Shown: one piece after another, positions 42,462-53,361 of the stretch
Position numbering within the stretch: position 1 is the first letter of the stretch
Layout of the letters: every line of letters begins with the position of its first letter
Assembly: GCA_903885085.1 (NCBI GenBank)
Contig: CAISHH010000154.1
Coordinates: forward strand, 1,694 to 65,693
DNA length: 64,000 nt
Direction: 5' to 3'
Source: an uncultured Campylobacterales bacterium
Lineage (GTDB): Bacteria > Campylobacterota > Campylobacteria > Campylobacterales > Sulfurimonadaceae
The notes under the pieces: generated by a model
Told to the model about the DNA's origin: nothing
Database searches by the model: none
The model's input: the letters and a program-made list of their open reading frames with translations, nothing else
Translations under genes and position numbers: made by a program

Positions 42462-42836
42462 ATGAAAATCTACGAGGATGACGACTTTTTTATCGAGAGT
42501 GAAAAAAGTGAGATTCCTTGGCTGAAGATCTTTACAAAAATAGAATACAAAGAGCTAAGTGAGCTTCCAAAGCCGCTTCGACTCAAACTCTTCGAACTCT
42601 ACGATATCGTAGAGCTAGAGATGCTTTTCTACTTCAAACCACACAAAATCAATATGGCTTCTTTTGCAAATATCCTCCCGCGTGTACACTTACATGTAAT
42701 GGCAAGATATCAAAATGACAGTTATTTTCCAAATCCAATGTGGGGAGAAAAACAGCGCGAAGCGAAACTGGAACTTCCAGAATTTGAACTGTTTTATGCA
42801 AAACTACAAAAAACTCTTGAAGGATTTAATTCTTAA
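42462..42836 (+). CDS. HIT-family protein
   Basis: EIPW, KIN...AN..P.VHLHV.AR. Confidence 0.88.
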   Translation: MKIYEDDDFFIESEKSEIPWLKIFTKIEYKELSELPKPLRLKLFELYDIVELEMLFYFKPHKINMASFANILPRVHLHVMARYQNDSYFPNPMWGEKQREAKLELPEFELFYAKLQKTLEGFNS

Positions 42837-43161
42837 ATCGAAATCCAAGCTCTTGTAAATTAGTTTTTAATTTCTCTTGCGCTTCACCTTGAAACTCCAT
42901 CCAGCCATCTTTATAAGTTCCACCGCAGGCAAGCTTTTTCTTTAGAGTTTTTAGTGTCTCATTCCCATCATCTTCATTTAGAAAAAATTCACCGACAAGC
43001 GTCACAACTTTCCCTCGACGTTTCTCTTTTCTAAAAACTAGAAAGTGCTTCGATGGTACTTTTATTTCTTCTGCAACTTCACTTCTTCGCTCAACTATTT
43101 CACTCCAGCCAGCATCTATCTCAGTACCTATGAAGAGATCAAGCTTTGTTCCTCGAGACAC
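42826..43161 (-). CDS. SUI1/YciH translation initiation factor family
   Basis: RRGKVVT, LKKKLACGGT, EFQG. Confidence 0.9.
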   Translation of the reverse strand: MSRGTKLDLFIGTEIDAGWSEIVERRSEVAEEIKVPSKHFLVFRKEKRRGKVVTLVGEFFLNEDDGNETLKTLKKKLACGGTYKDGWMEFQGEAQEKLKTNLQELGFRFKN

Positions 43162-43163
43162 TG

Positions 43164-43988
43164 TTAAAGAACCTTTTGAGCTAAAACACTCATTCCTTCA
43201 GCCTCATATTCACCTGCTACTACTTTAGACATAATTGGATTTTTACAGTAAAGGTTGTTGTCATATAAAGCCACGATCACCTCATCTCCACTTTGTAAAA
43301 ATGTATGCTCTCCATATTCAGTATAGCGAGTAGCACCTATTGAGATAATCATCTCCGGCGGATATGAAGCCTCTTTGATAAGCGCTAAAACATCCTGAAG
43401 CGGTCCAAAATCTTTTTGCGTATTGATCTGATTTTTTATCCAGTCCAAAAGTGTTTCATGAAAATAACTGTATCCTGTGAGTGCTACATCTTCGCCATAA
43501 CGAAAAACGTTCCCATCTCTGCGTAAAAAGCTACAGATACGATAGTTGTCGATATTTGAACCCTCTTTGAAACTCTCTATCTCGATGAGTTTAGAACTGA
43601 TCCCTTTAGAAGAAGCACCCCAGTTCTTTTTGAGACTAATCTTTGGAGCATTTTTTCTAAGCGAAGTGTCATTGTAAGCAGCAAAATGTGTAGGTATTAT
43701 AGAAGCTATCTTTCCATCTTCATAAACTATCTTACATATAAGCCCTACTTCGGGTTCTGCCTGGACGTTTACAACTGCATCAGGGAGAGCAATGGTATCA
43801 TTTGAAAGCGGATACGTTCCCAAAAATGTAGAATTATTTGGAATATAAAAGGGAAAGATCCCTTTTGGAGCGGCTTCATCTGCTGTGATAATATCTTTAA
43901 AATCTTCAAGCTCGCCAGCTTGCTTCAAATGAAGTGCAAAGTTTCCAGCGATTCCTAAACCTAAGAAATTTTTATAATCTTTCTCCAA
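43164..43988 (-). CDS. Conserved hypothetical protein (DUF5718-like)
   Basis: GLGIAGNFA.HL.QAGE, PKGIFPFY, QAEPE, KKNWG. Confidence 0.75.
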   Translation of the reverse strand: MEKDYKNFLGLGIAGNFALHLKQAGELEDFKDIITADEAAPKGIFPFYIPNNSTFLGTYPLSNDTIALPDAVVNVQAEPEVGLICKIVYEDGKIASIIPTHFAAYNDTSLRKNAPKISLKKNWGASSKGISSKLIEIESFKEGSNIDNYRICSFLRRDGNVFRYGEDVALTGYSYFHETLLDWIKNQINTQKDFGPLQDVLALIKEASYPPEMIISIGATRYTEYGEHTFLQSGDEVIVALYDNNLYCKNPIMSKVVAGEYEAEGMSVLAQKVL

Positions 43989-44012
43989 AACAGATCCTTT
44001 TTTTAAAAAGTT

Positions 44013-45626
44013 TTATACGTAATCTAGTGTACCGGCGTGCTTCGCTTCAGCATACTCTTCATAAGTGCCTTTAAAATCTATATATCTTCCATCAGGCATA
44101 ATCTCGATAATACGATTTGCAAATGCATCAAGTAGTTCACGGTCATGTGACACACAGATAACATTTCCTTCAAAGTTGAAAAGTCCTTCACCGAGTGCAA
44201 CGATAGCTTCAAGGTCAAGGTGGTTACTTGGCTCATCGAGAACTAAAAAGTTTCCTTGTTCAAGCATCAACTTTGAAAGCATCATTCTATGTTTTTCACC
44301 ACCTGAGATTTTTTCAACAGATTTTTCTTGTTGTTCTCCAGAAAAAAGCATACGTCCCAAACAATTTCTTATCTCTGAGATATCACGTTTTGGATCGTAT
44401 CCACGTAACCACTCATACAATGTTCCATCACCAGAGATTTGATCTGCAGTATCTTGAGGAAAGTAACTTTGCTCAACAGTTGCGCCCCATTGTACAGTTC
44501 CTGAACTCGGTTTTATCTCTTCCATGATCACTTTACATAAAGTAGTTTTACCGACACCATTTCCGCCGATAAGCGCTATCTTTTCACCCGGCTCTATTCT
44601 GATGGTCATATCTTTTAAAACATCCAAATCTCCATATGAGAGAGAAATGTTTTCTACTACCAAGGCTTCATCGCCCATCTGACGTTTTGCTTTAAAGACG
44701 ATACTTGGATCACGGCGAGAAGATGGTTTGATATCTTCTATAGTTAATTTATCAAGTTGTTTTTGTCTTGAAGTTGCTTGTTTTGCTTTCGATGCATTTG
44801 CGCTAAAACGGCGAACGAAAGCTTCTAAATCCTCTTTTTCTTTCACTTTTTTAGCATTGTCAGCTTCCATTTGACTCGCAATCACATTTGCCGCAAGATA
44901 CCAGTCATCATACGTTCCAGTAAACTCACGAATTTTTTGATAATCAACATCTAAAATGTGTGTTACAACAGAGTTCAAAAAGTGTCTATCATGAGAGATA
45001 ACGACAAGTGTTCCCTCGTGGCGTTGCAACTCATTTTCTAGCCAAGCAATTGACTCCATATCGAGGTTATTCGTAGGCTCATCGAGGAATAAGATATCAG
45101 GTTTTGGAAATAAAACCTGTGCAAGTAAAACTTTAAATTTATCAGAACTTTTCAAACTTGACATAAGGTCATAATGATGCTCAGAACCAATCCCAACGTT
45201 TTCTAAAACTTTTGCTATATTGATCTCATACTCGTAAGTCGGATCTTCTTCAACAGAGATCATCTCTAATTCTGCCAGACGATTATTTACAGCATCATCT
45301 TCAAAATCGCCTGTCTCGTAAAGCTTTTCTTTCTCTTTAACTGCGTCATATAAACGTTTGTTTCCAAATAAAACAGCGTCCATAATGGTGTAGTTTTCAT
45401 AAGCAAACTGGTTTTGTCCCAAAGTCCCGACTTTAAGACCTGAACCAATGATGATATCACCTTCGTACTCTTTATTTTCACCACTGAGGATATTTAAAAA
45501 AGTTGTTTTTCCAGCACCGTTTGCACCGATAAGACCATATCTTTTATGACGGTCAAGTTTAATATTGATATTTTCAAATAGGATTCTATTTCCGAATCTT
45601 TTCGTGAGTTTTATTGTTTTTAGCAT
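44013..45626 (-). CDS. ABC-F family ATPase (YbiT-like)
   Basis: Two ABC domains, no TM helices, RFSANASKAKQATSR linker; start ATG 45626. Confidence 0.93.
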   Translation of the reverse strand: MLKTIKLTKRFGNRILFENINIKLDRHKRYGLIGANGAGKTTFLNILSGENKEYEGDIIIGSGLKVGTLGQNQFAYENYTIMDAVLFGNKRLYDAVKEKEKLYETGDFEDDAVNNRLAELEMISVEEDPTYEYEINIAKVLENVGIGSEHHYDLMSSLKSSDKFKVLLAQVLFPKPDILFLDEPTNNLDMESIAWLENELQRHEGTLVVISHDRHFLNSVVTHILDVDYQKIREFTGTYDDWYLAANVIASQMEADNAKKVKEKEDLEAFVRRFSANASKAKQATSRQKQLDKLTIEDIKPSSRRDPSIVFKAKRQMGDEALVVENISLSYGDLDVLKDMTIRIEPGEKIALIGGNGVGKTTLCKVIMEEIKPSSGTVQWGATVEQSYFPQDTADQISGDGTLYEWLRGYDPKRDISEIRNCLGRMLFSGEQQEKSVEKISGGEKHRMMLSKLMLEQGNFLVLDEPSNHLDLEAIVALGEGLFNFEGNVICVSHDRELLDAFANRIIEIMPDGRYIDFKGTYEEYAEAKHAGTLDYV

Positions 45627-45809
45627 CTTCTTCTCTCTTATTGGTATCACCAAAAATTTGGCAATTAAATTATCGCGATTATATCTAAGAGATCATTAAT
45701 AGGCCATTAAACGCTAAATTATAGACCGGATTTTACAAAAAAATACTGCAATCAAAGCGTAACAATCCAATATTAGAATGCGCTCAAATTTGTATTGGAG
45801 TATTTCTAA

Positions 45810-47426
45810 ATGCTAAAAAATCTAAATGTCAAAACAAAACTGATCTTATTAGTTGGTATCGCAATAACTGGAATGATTCTCATCATTGCTATTGGACTTT
45901 ATGCAAGCAGCAATATGAAAGCCAGTATGGACACTGTTATGATCCAAGACCAGCAAACGAGACTGGCAGAAAAGCTACGTATGTCAATATTGAAAATGCA
46001 GAATAATGAAAACAATACTATTTTGGTAAAGACCTTTAGTGGTAAAGATGAGTATGCGACAGCTTTTGAAAAAAATAGAACCGATTTTAATAACAATATA
46101 AAGCAACTAAAAAGTATTTCTCAATCAAAAAATACACAATATATCTTGGCTTGTGAAAAATATGTCAATAACGAATATGCACCGGTATTTAAACAAATCT
46201 ATACTGCAACAAAATTTGGTGATGATCATGGTGCTTTGGATTTGAGTGAAACCGAAGCAAAGCCAATCATAGAAAAATGTAATAAAGCACTTGACATTAT
46301 CATTAGTAATAATGAAAAAAACCTAAAAGCCGCAACAGAAGATAGTGCCGCGCAATACATCTTTGGCAGAAACTCTATCATTATGATCTCTATTTTGTCT
46401 CTTGTTATCTCGGTTGTCGTAACATTTATTATTGTTACGCTAATTATAAACTCACTTGTCACTATTCAAAGTGCACTTGATTCATTTTTCAAATTTCTCA
46501 ATCGTCAGACACACAAAGTAGAATCGATTGAACTTCATCTAGAAGATGAGTTTGGTCAAATGGCGAAGATGATCAATGAAAATATTACACTTATAGAGAA
46601 AAGTTTTATTGCAGATTCAAATGTTGCCAAGGAGATGGTGCAAATTGCAGAGCAGATAACAAGAGGAAATTATTCTGTAAGAATCAAGAGTGACTCACCT
46701 ACAGAAAATATGCATCTTTTAAGAGATAGTATGAACAATATGCTTGCATCATCAGAAAACAATCTCGATAATGCAATTACAACACTTAAACATCTTGCAA
46801 ATGGAAAATTTGATGTAAGAAACAGTGTAAGTGTACAAGCAAATATGGGTGAACTCCTAGAAAATATCAATCTTTTAGGAGAATCTCTTCAAAATATGAA
46901 ATCCCAGAATGATGATTCAAATAAAACTATTATGGATTCATCCACGCGTCTTAATAAAACAATTGAAGAGATCACAAACACTACTGTCGTAGATTATAAA
47001 AATATGATCAATGATATAGTTGGCAAAGTATATAATGTATCTCAAAGAGAAAATAATCTGGTAGATAATCTAGATCAACTTACATTGCACGCAAAAGAAA
47101 CAAAGGCTATACTTCAAACAATCGGAGATATTGCAAACCAAACCAATCTCTTAGCACTCAATGCTGCCATAGAAGCAGCACGTGCGGGAGAACATGGGCG
47201 TGGATTCGCCGTGGTTGCAGATGAAGTCAGAAAGCTTGCAGAACGTACACAAAAAAGTTTAACAGAAACAACAAGTACTACAAATGTTCTCATTCAGTCT
47301 ATTTCCCATGTATCTGAGAGTTTAAACCAAAATGCAGAAGATGTAAATACTATATCAAATGAAGTAAGTGAAGTAAGCAATAAAATGGATGAAATTATAG
47401 TCGCACTTCAACACTTGAGCAAATGA
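45810..47426 (+). CDS. Methyl-accepting chemotaxis protein (4HB sensor)
   Basis: Two TM helices, HAMP DEFGQM, MCP signalling hairpin. Confidence 0.93.
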   Translation: MLKNLNVKTKLILLVGIAITGMILIIAIGLYASSNMKASMDTVMIQDQQTRLAEKLRMSILKMQNNENNTILVKTFSGKDEYATAFEKNRTDFNNNIKQLKSISQSKNTQYILACEKYVNNEYAPVFKQIYTATKFGDDHGALDLSETEAKPIIEKCNKALDIIISNNEKNLKAATEDSAAQYIFGRNSIIMISILSLVISVVVTFIIVTLIINSLVTIQSALDSFFKFLNRQTHKVESIELHLEDEFGQMAKMINENITLIEKSFIADSNVAKEMVQIAEQITRGNYSVRIKSDSPTENMHLLRDSMNNMLASSENNLDNAITTLKHLANGKFDVRNSVSVQANMGELLENINLLGESLQNMKSQNDDSNKTIMDSSTRLNKTIEEITNTTVVDYKNMINDIVGKVYNVSQRENNLVDNLDQLTLHAKETKAILQTIGDIANQTNLLALNAAIEAARAGEHGRGFAVVADEVRKLAERTQKSLTETTSTTNVLIQSISHVSESLNQNAEDVNTISNEVSEVSNKMDEIIVALQHLSK

Positions 47427-47472
47427 AATTTCCTTTTTGTTGGTGTCTTTAGTTATTAATTACTATTTTTTT

Positions 47473-47937
47473 TCAGTACGCTATTAAGTGCTTTTTGCAC
47501 TTTTTATATTTTAGACCAGAACCGCATGGACAAAGGTCGTTTCGCTCAATTTTTGAGTTGATAAAGCTCCCTTTGTCATATTCCCAGATTCCATCGCTTT
47601 TTATAAAATCACTTCTTTCATGAAGCAAAACGATTTCACTGTTTTCAAGATAATAGGCTTTAAATTCAACGATACCATCAAACTCATTTTGACTTGCATG
47701 TAGGAGTTCCAACTTCAGCCATTTCACATTTTTACAAAACTCTTCAATGAGTAAAATATCATCCTCGTATCTATGCTCTTTTGTCGCACTTTTTACAAGG
47801 TAACTTCCATCTGCTATCACATATGCGCTATAACGAGAGCGCATCAACTCTTCAGGGTTCAAAGCAATTTTTTCACCTGATATAACAGCTCCACAACACT
47901 CCTCAAAACTTTTATTTAAACCACAAAAACATTTCAT
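47473..47937 (-). CDS. YchJ-family SEC-C protein
   Basis: CFCG, LMRSRYSAY, VEFKA, RNDLCPCGSG..YKKC. Confidence 0.92.
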   Translation of the reverse strand: MKCFCGLNKSFEECCGAVISGEKIALNPEELMRSRYSAYVIADGSYLVKSATKEHRYEDDILLIEEFCKNVKWLKLELLHASQNEFDGIVEFKAYYLENSEIVLLHERSDFIKSDGIWEYDKGSFINSKIERNDLCPCGSGLKYKKCKKHLIAY

Positions 47938-48031
47938 TTCAATCCATTTTGTTTTATTTTTTCATAAGCATTAAAGAAATAATATTATAGTATGATTAGC
48001 CTAGAAAATGTAATAAAATTGTAACAATAAA

Positions 48032-50167
48032 GTGATAAAATATATGGAAATTTTTTCAAAACTCAATATTAAAGAAGTTTTAAACTACCTGCCAGATCCG
48101 ATTATCATCGTTGATTCTTTAGGTAATATACGCTTTGCAAACAACCCTTTTTCTACTCTGCTCGGCTACAATGAAGATGAGCTTAATAATAAAAATATCA
48201 CTCATTACCTTTTAGATAATAGTATTTTCGAAAAATGTATTACAAGTATTAAAGGGAGTAACGCTTCTTCAGATCAAACAACTATATTTGTAGCTAAAAA
48301 TGGGCAACACATCTACACAACTAAGAATGTACGATTTCTCAAAATTGACGATCAAGAATGTATTTTTGTAAATATTCGCAATGTAAGCAATATTGATAAA
48401 CTCAATTATGAACTTCACAGCTCAAAAAAAGAGCTTGAAGCAAAGTCAAAAGAACTCTCAACACTTCTAGATGATCACAAAAAACAAATTATAGCAAAAC
48501 AACTTCAACTCGATGAGATAGTAAATATTATAGACGAGATCATCTGGTATATTGATGATCAAACTATGGCCATCAAATATGTTTCAAATGCTATTGAGAG
48601 AATTTTTGGCGAAAATAAGAATAGTTTTTTAAATGGCTCTTCCCTTTGGATGGATATGATTCATCCCGAGGATCAGCCAAAAGTTCAAAAGTTTTTTCAT
48701 ACCATTCAACCAAGCCATTCTGCCATCATCGAATTTAGAATGATTAAAAAAGATGGCTCTGTACGTTGGCTTTCAAGTACGATCAATCATCACAAATCTC
48801 TCAACTTTTTCATAGGTGTTACCCGAGATATCACGCATGACAAAGAGGTTCAAGAAGAGATGGAATTTATGGCGTTTCATGATGTACTCACAAAACTGCC
48901 AAACAGATCTCTTTTAAAAAATGAGATTAATGCCCTACTGCAAAAATCAAGCACTATTGAGCAACATTTTGCTGTGCTCTTTTTAGATCTTGATAATTTT
49001 AAATATATCAATGATTCTATGGGACATGATGTTGGCGATGAGATTCTCGTTGAAGTAGCCGACAAACTTAGACATAGTGTTGGTAAAAATGGAATCTGTA
49101 CAAGATTTGGCGGTGATGAGTTTGTTATCATCAGTAAAATACAAAACAAAAAGGATATTGCAATTAAAGCACAAAAGATCATAGATGTACTGAATGAACC
49201 TTTTATTGTCAATGACCATGAGTTTTTTATCTCATCTTCCATTGGTATCTCGCTCTACCCTGAAGATGCTGCTAGTGCTACTGGACTTATAAAATCCGCA
49301 GATACTGCGATGTATGAAGCAAAATTAGCCGGAAAAAACAGATTTAGCTTTTTTGACAAATCGATGAACACTAATATTCAAGAGTTTCTTGATATGGAGA
49401 CGCTCATCAAAGATGCGCTCTTACACAACTATTTTGAACTTTACTTTCAACCGCTTATTGATTCATCAACATCTACCCTTTATGGATTTGAAGCGCTTCT
49501 TAGACTGATCCATCCCGAACATGGATTTATCTCTCCTGATAAGTTTATCCCAGTTGCTGAAGCGACAGGTGATATCTTAAAAATCAGTGCTTTTGTTATG
49601 AAAAGTGCTTGTCAATTTTCAAGCGAAATAAACGCTTTGAGCTCACATGATATTTTTGTTTCTGTAAATATCTCTGCTAGACAATTTAAAGAAAAACAGT
49701 TTGCCAGAGAGTTTTTAAAATGTGCTGCGGATTATGGGGCAAATCCTCGTCTTTTAAAAGTGGAAATGACAGAATCAGTGGTTATGGATAACATTACTCT
49801 TGCTATAAAAGAGTTGGATATCTTACGAAAAGCTGGAGTTCAAGTGGCGCTTGATGATTTTGGGACAGGATACTCATCTTTTGAATATCTCGCACAGCTT
49901 CCAATAAACACCATAAAAATCGATAAATCATTTATAATTCCTGTCTTTGACAAAAAAAGCAACGAACATATCGTTGTGGCTATCACATCCTTAGCACATG
50001 CACTCAATATGGATGTCATTGCAGAGGGTGTTGAAACAAACGAACATGTAGACTATCTTAGAAACAACAAGGTCGATATTTTACAAGGCTTTTATTATTC
50101 CAAGGCAATACCTGCAAAACAGATTATCGACAATATAGGCGAGTATAAAAAATTATTTAACCTCTAG
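48032..50167 (+). CDS. Cytoplasmic PAS-PAS-GGDEF-EAL protein
   Basis: Two PAS domains, GGDEF (no RxxD), FEALLR, DDFGTG. Confidence 0.93.
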   Translation: MIKYMEIFSKLNIKEVLNYLPDPIIIVDSLGNIRFANNPFSTLLGYNEDELNNKNITHYLLDNSIFEKCITSIKGSNASSDQTTIFVAKNGQHIYTTKNVRFLKIDDQECIFVNIRNVSNIDKLNYELHSSKKELEAKSKELSTLLDDHKKQIIAKQLQLDEIVNIIDEIIWYIDDQTMAIKYVSNAIERIFGENKNSFLNGSSLWMDMIHPEDQPKVQKFFHTIQPSHSAIIEFRMIKKDGSVRWLSSTINHHKSLNFFIGVTRDITHDKEVQEEMEFMAFHDVLTKLPNRSLLKNEINALLQKSSTIEQHFAVLFLDLDNFKYINDSMGHDVGDEILVEVADKLRHSVGKNGICTRFGGDEFVIISKIQNKKDIAIKAQKIIDVLNEPFIVNDHEFFISSSIGISLYPEDAASATGLIKSADTAMYEAKLAGKNRFSFFDKSMNTNIQEFLDMETLIKDALLHNYFELYFQPLIDSSTSTLYGFEALLRLIHPEHGFISPDKFIPVAEATGDILKISAFVMKSACQFSSEINALSSHDIFVSVNISARQFKEKQFAREFLKCAADYGANPRLLKVEMTESVVMDNITLAIKELDILRKAGVQVALDDFGTGYSSFEYLAQLPINTIKIDKSFIIPVFDKKSNEHIVVAITSLAHALNMDVIAEGVETNEHVDYLRNNKVDILQGFYYSKAIPAKQIIDNIGEYKKLFNL

Positions 50168-50176
50168 GAGCACCTC

Positions 50177-52261
50177 ATGAAGAGTATCTACATTGCCTCA
50201 AGTAGTCAAAATGCAGGTAGCTTACTTGTCACCATGGGACTTATGGATATCATCAGTCGTAAAATCCATAAAGTTGCTTTTTTTAAACCCATCATTTCAA
50301 ATGTAAAAGACTTAGATATCGAGTTTATTCGATCACGATATGCGCTTGATGTGAGCTACGAAGAGAGCTATGGCTTTGAGCTCTCTTATGTTCAAATGAT
50401 GATTGCTAAAAATCAAACTGATGAACTCATCGAAGAACTCATCCTAAAATACAAACGACTTGAAGAAAAATATGATTTTATAGTCTGCCAAGGGATACAA
50501 AAAAGTTCTCTTATCCCCTCTTTTGACTTTGATATCAATATAAAAATAGCTCAGAATTTTGCAACCCCTTTTGTCAATGTGATCAATGCAAAAGGCTTAC
50601 ATGCGGAGTGCTCTCTGGGCGTAAGTGAACTCATAGAAACTTATGAGATTGATAAACAAAATATTCTCTCGCAAAAATGCTTTCATTTCGCAACTTTTAT
50701 CAACCGTATTAATCCTCTTTGCTATGAAGAGTTACAAGCGAAACTTCCAAAAGAAAATCTCTATCTTCTGCGAGAGATTCCTGAGCTCGACACTCCAACC
50801 ATCGGAGATATCATAGATAATTTGGAAGCAAAAAAAGTTCTTCTAAAAAATGAAGATAGAGCGAAACTGGTCAAACAGATCAAAGTCGCAGCCCTTACTT
50901 TGGATAATTTTTTAGATCATATAGAAGATGGAGATCTTGTTATTGTCCCAGCAGATAGATCTGAGATTATCGTCGGACTTTTATGTGCTTTGCAATCTCA
51001 AAATTTTGCAAGTATCTCTGGAGTTATCATCCCATTTGATATGGAAATACACCCAAATATCTTAGCGCTTATCAATGGTGTCAATGAATGCAGTTTTCCC
51101 ATCATCCGCGTTGCCACTGACACCTATACAACAGCACTCAACATTACCGCAACAAAAGCAAAACTCAAATCCTATGATGAAAGAAAGATTGCCCTTTCTC
51201 TGGGACTTTTTAATGAAAACGTAGACATTAATGCCATCGAGGCAAGGATCAGAATCACGACTTCACAAATTATGACACCGATGATGTTTGAATACAAAAT
51301 CTCCTATATGGCAAAAAATGCCAAAAAAACTATCGTACTACCGGAGAGTGAAGATGACAGAATCCTTCGTGCAACGGAGATTATCCTAAGACGCCACCTT
51401 GCCAAGATCATCCTTTTAGGCGATAGTGAAACCATAAAACAAAGATCTTTGCAACTAGGACTTGATATCTCTCAAGCTACAATCATCAATCCTCTTGAGA
51501 GTGAAAAACTTCAACAATATTCTGAGATTTTTTATGAATCCAGAAAAGCAAAAGGTCTCTCTTTGCAAGCCGCTAAAGATGCTTTGAATCATAAAACCTA
51601 TTTCGCGACGATGATGGTTCACACCGGAGAAGCAGATGCTATGGTCAGCGGAGCTTCGCACACCACAGCGGACACAATTCGTCCAGCCCTTCAGATCATC
51701 AAGACACATCCAGATGTTTCCATCGTTTCAAGCCTCTTTTTTATGTGTTTAGATACGCAAGTATTAGTCTACGCCGATTGTGCCGTCAATCAAGACCCGA
51801 CCGCCGAAGAACTTGCACAAATAGCGATCTCGACAGCAAAAACAGCATCACAGTTTGCCATTGAGCCAAAAATAGCGATGCTTTCCTATTCGACTGGTGA
51901 TTCTGGAAGTGGCGATGATGTGGACAAAGTAAAAAAAGCGACTGAAATTATAAAAAAACAATATCCCTCTTTACTCATCGATGGACCCATCCAGTATGAT
52001 GCGGCCATCGATAAAGGAGTTGCAAAAGCAAAACTTCCCAATTCAAAAGTGGCGGGCGAGGCAAATATATTTATCTTTCCCGATCTCAACACCGGAAACA
52101 ATACCTATAAAGCTGTTCAACGCTCAACTGGAGCCATCGCCATTGGGCCGATACTTCAAGGACTAAACAAACCTGTGAACGATCTCAGCCGTGGATGCAG
52201 TGTTGCCGACATTGTAAACACTGTAGCCATTACGGCAATACAAGCAGGACAGATACAATGA
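50177..52261 (+). CDS. pta: Phosphate acetyltransferase (long form with DRTGG region)
   Basis: IVLPE, HTTADTIRP, ADCAVN, GNNTYK, NDLSRGC. Confidence 0.96.
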   Translation: MKSIYIASSSQNAGSLLVTMGLMDIISRKIHKVAFFKPIISNVKDLDIEFIRSRYALDVSYEESYGFELSYVQMMIAKNQTDELIEELILKYKRLEEKYDFIVCQGIQKSSLIPSFDFDINIKIAQNFATPFVNVINAKGLHAECSLGVSELIETYEIDKQNILSQKCFHFATFINRINPLCYEELQAKLPKENLYLLREIPELDTPTIGDIIDNLEAKKVLLKNEDRAKLVKQIKVAALTLDNFLDHIEDGDLVIVPADRSEIIVGLLCALQSQNFASISGVIIPFDMEIHPNILALINGVNECSFPIIRVATDTYTTALNITATKAKLKSYDERKIALSLGLFNENVDINAIEARIRITTSQIMTPMMFEYKISYMAKNAKKTIVLPESEDDRILRATEIILRRHLAKIILLGDSETIKQRSLQLGLDISQATIINPLESEKLQQYSEIFYESRKAKGLSLQAAKDALNHKTYFATMMVHTGEADAMVSGASHTTADTIRPALQIIKTHPDVSIVSSLFFMCLDTQVLVYADCAVNQDPTAEELAQIAISTAKTASQFAIEPKIAMLSYSTGDSGSGDDVDKVKKATEIIKKQYPSLLIDGPIQYDAAIDKGVAKAKLPNSKVAGEANIFIFPDLNTGNNTYKAVQRSTGAIAIGPILQGLNKPVNDLSRGCSVADIVNTVAITAIQAGQIQ

Positions 52262-53361
52262 GAGCACTTGTTCTAAACTCTGGCAGTTCTTCCATAAAAT
52301 TTAAAATATTTGATATGGGTTCTCAAAAAGTTCTAAATAAAGGAACTATAGAAGAGCTCAAAGGCAACCGGCATAAAGAGCTTGAAAAGATTATTAACTC
52401 TATGGAGAGGATTGATTTTATCGCTCATCGCGTTGTTCACGGCGGTCATACTTTTACACAAGCCACCATTATCGATGACGCAGTCATAAAAGCGATAGAT
52501 GAGCTTTCCCCTCTCGCTCCTTTACATAATCCTGCAAATTTGGATGGCATATTGACGGCAAAAGCTCTCGCTCCAAACACCCTACAAATAGCCGTTTTTG
52601 ATACAGCCTTTCATGAAGATATGCCGCCTTCATCTTACATGTACGCCTTGCCGCAGGAACTTTATACCAAATATAATGTTCGTCGTTACGGTTTTCACGG
52701 AACTTCACACAACTATCTTTTAAAAGAGTGCGCAAGGCTGATGAAAAAAGATATAAATGAGCTCAATATCATCACTCTCCATCTTGGAAATGGGGCGAGT
52801 GCTACGGCTATAAAAAATGGAAAATCTTATGACACATCTATGGGTTTTACTCCGCTTGAAGGTCTTGTAATGGGAACAAGAAGCGGTGACTTTGATCCGG
52901 CGATACTTTTGTATCTTCACAAATTCGGGCTTAACTATAAAGAGCTCGATGAACTTGTCAATCAAAAAAGCGGACTCCTTGGAATCTGCGGTAGTAGTGA
53001 TGTGAGAGAGATTCTAAGTAGAGATGATGAAGATGCAAAACTGGCACTAGCGATCATGACACAAAGAGTAAAAAAATATATTGGCTCTTATATCGCGATT
53101 CTTGGACGTGTTGATGCCATCGTCTTTAGCGGAGGAATTGGAGAGCATAGCTATCATGTAAGGAAAATGATACTTGATGGATTCGATGAAGCGTTTGATA
53201 TTTATATGGATGATGAAAAAAATAACAACGTAAAAACTAGCGCTACTCTTATCTCACAGGAGAAAAGTAAAATCGCTCTCTATGTTATCCCAACTGATGA
53301 AGAGTTGGAGATTGCACATCAAGCTTTTGCTCTTTTAAAAGAGGATACACTCATAAAATAG
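52258..53361 (+). CDS. ackA: Acetate kinase
   Basis: LNSGSSSIK, HRVVHGG, APLHNP, YGFHGTSH, HLGNG, PTDEE; start ATG 52258. Confidence 0.97.
   Translation: MRALVLNSGSSSIKFKIFDMGSQKVLNKGTIEELKGNRHKELEKIINSMERIDFIAHRVVHGGHTFTQATIIDDAVIKAIDELSPLAPLHNPANLDGILTAKALAPNTLQIAVFDTAFHEDMPPSSYMYALPQELYTKYNVRRYGFHGTSHNYLLKECARLMKKDINELNIITLHLGNGASATAIKNGKSYDTSMGFTPLEGLVMGTRSGDFDPAILLYLHKFGLNYKELDELVNQKSGLLGICGSSDVREILSRDDEDAKLALAIMTQRVKKYIGSYIAILGRVDAIVFSGGIGEHSYHVRKMILDGFDEAFDIYMDDEKNNNVKTSATLISQEKSKIALYVIPTDEELEIAHQAFALLKEDTLIK

Larger units (their letters stand above)
3193..42699. repeat. Dispersed palindrome TTACATGTAA (11 perfect copies)
   Basis: Starts at 3193, 4094, 7756, 16793, 16907, 26447, 27038, 28527, 34267, 39603, 42690 (manual count). 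Confidence 0.9.

Noticed and set aside
3193..42699. TTACATGTAA as a transcription-factor operator or REP/MITE
   Set aside because: All perfect copies are intragenic with unrelated flanks and none is in a promoter; kept instead as a genome-wide signal
39190..47260. DNA repeat shared by two MCP genes
   Set aside because: Explained by the conserved MCP signalling hairpin
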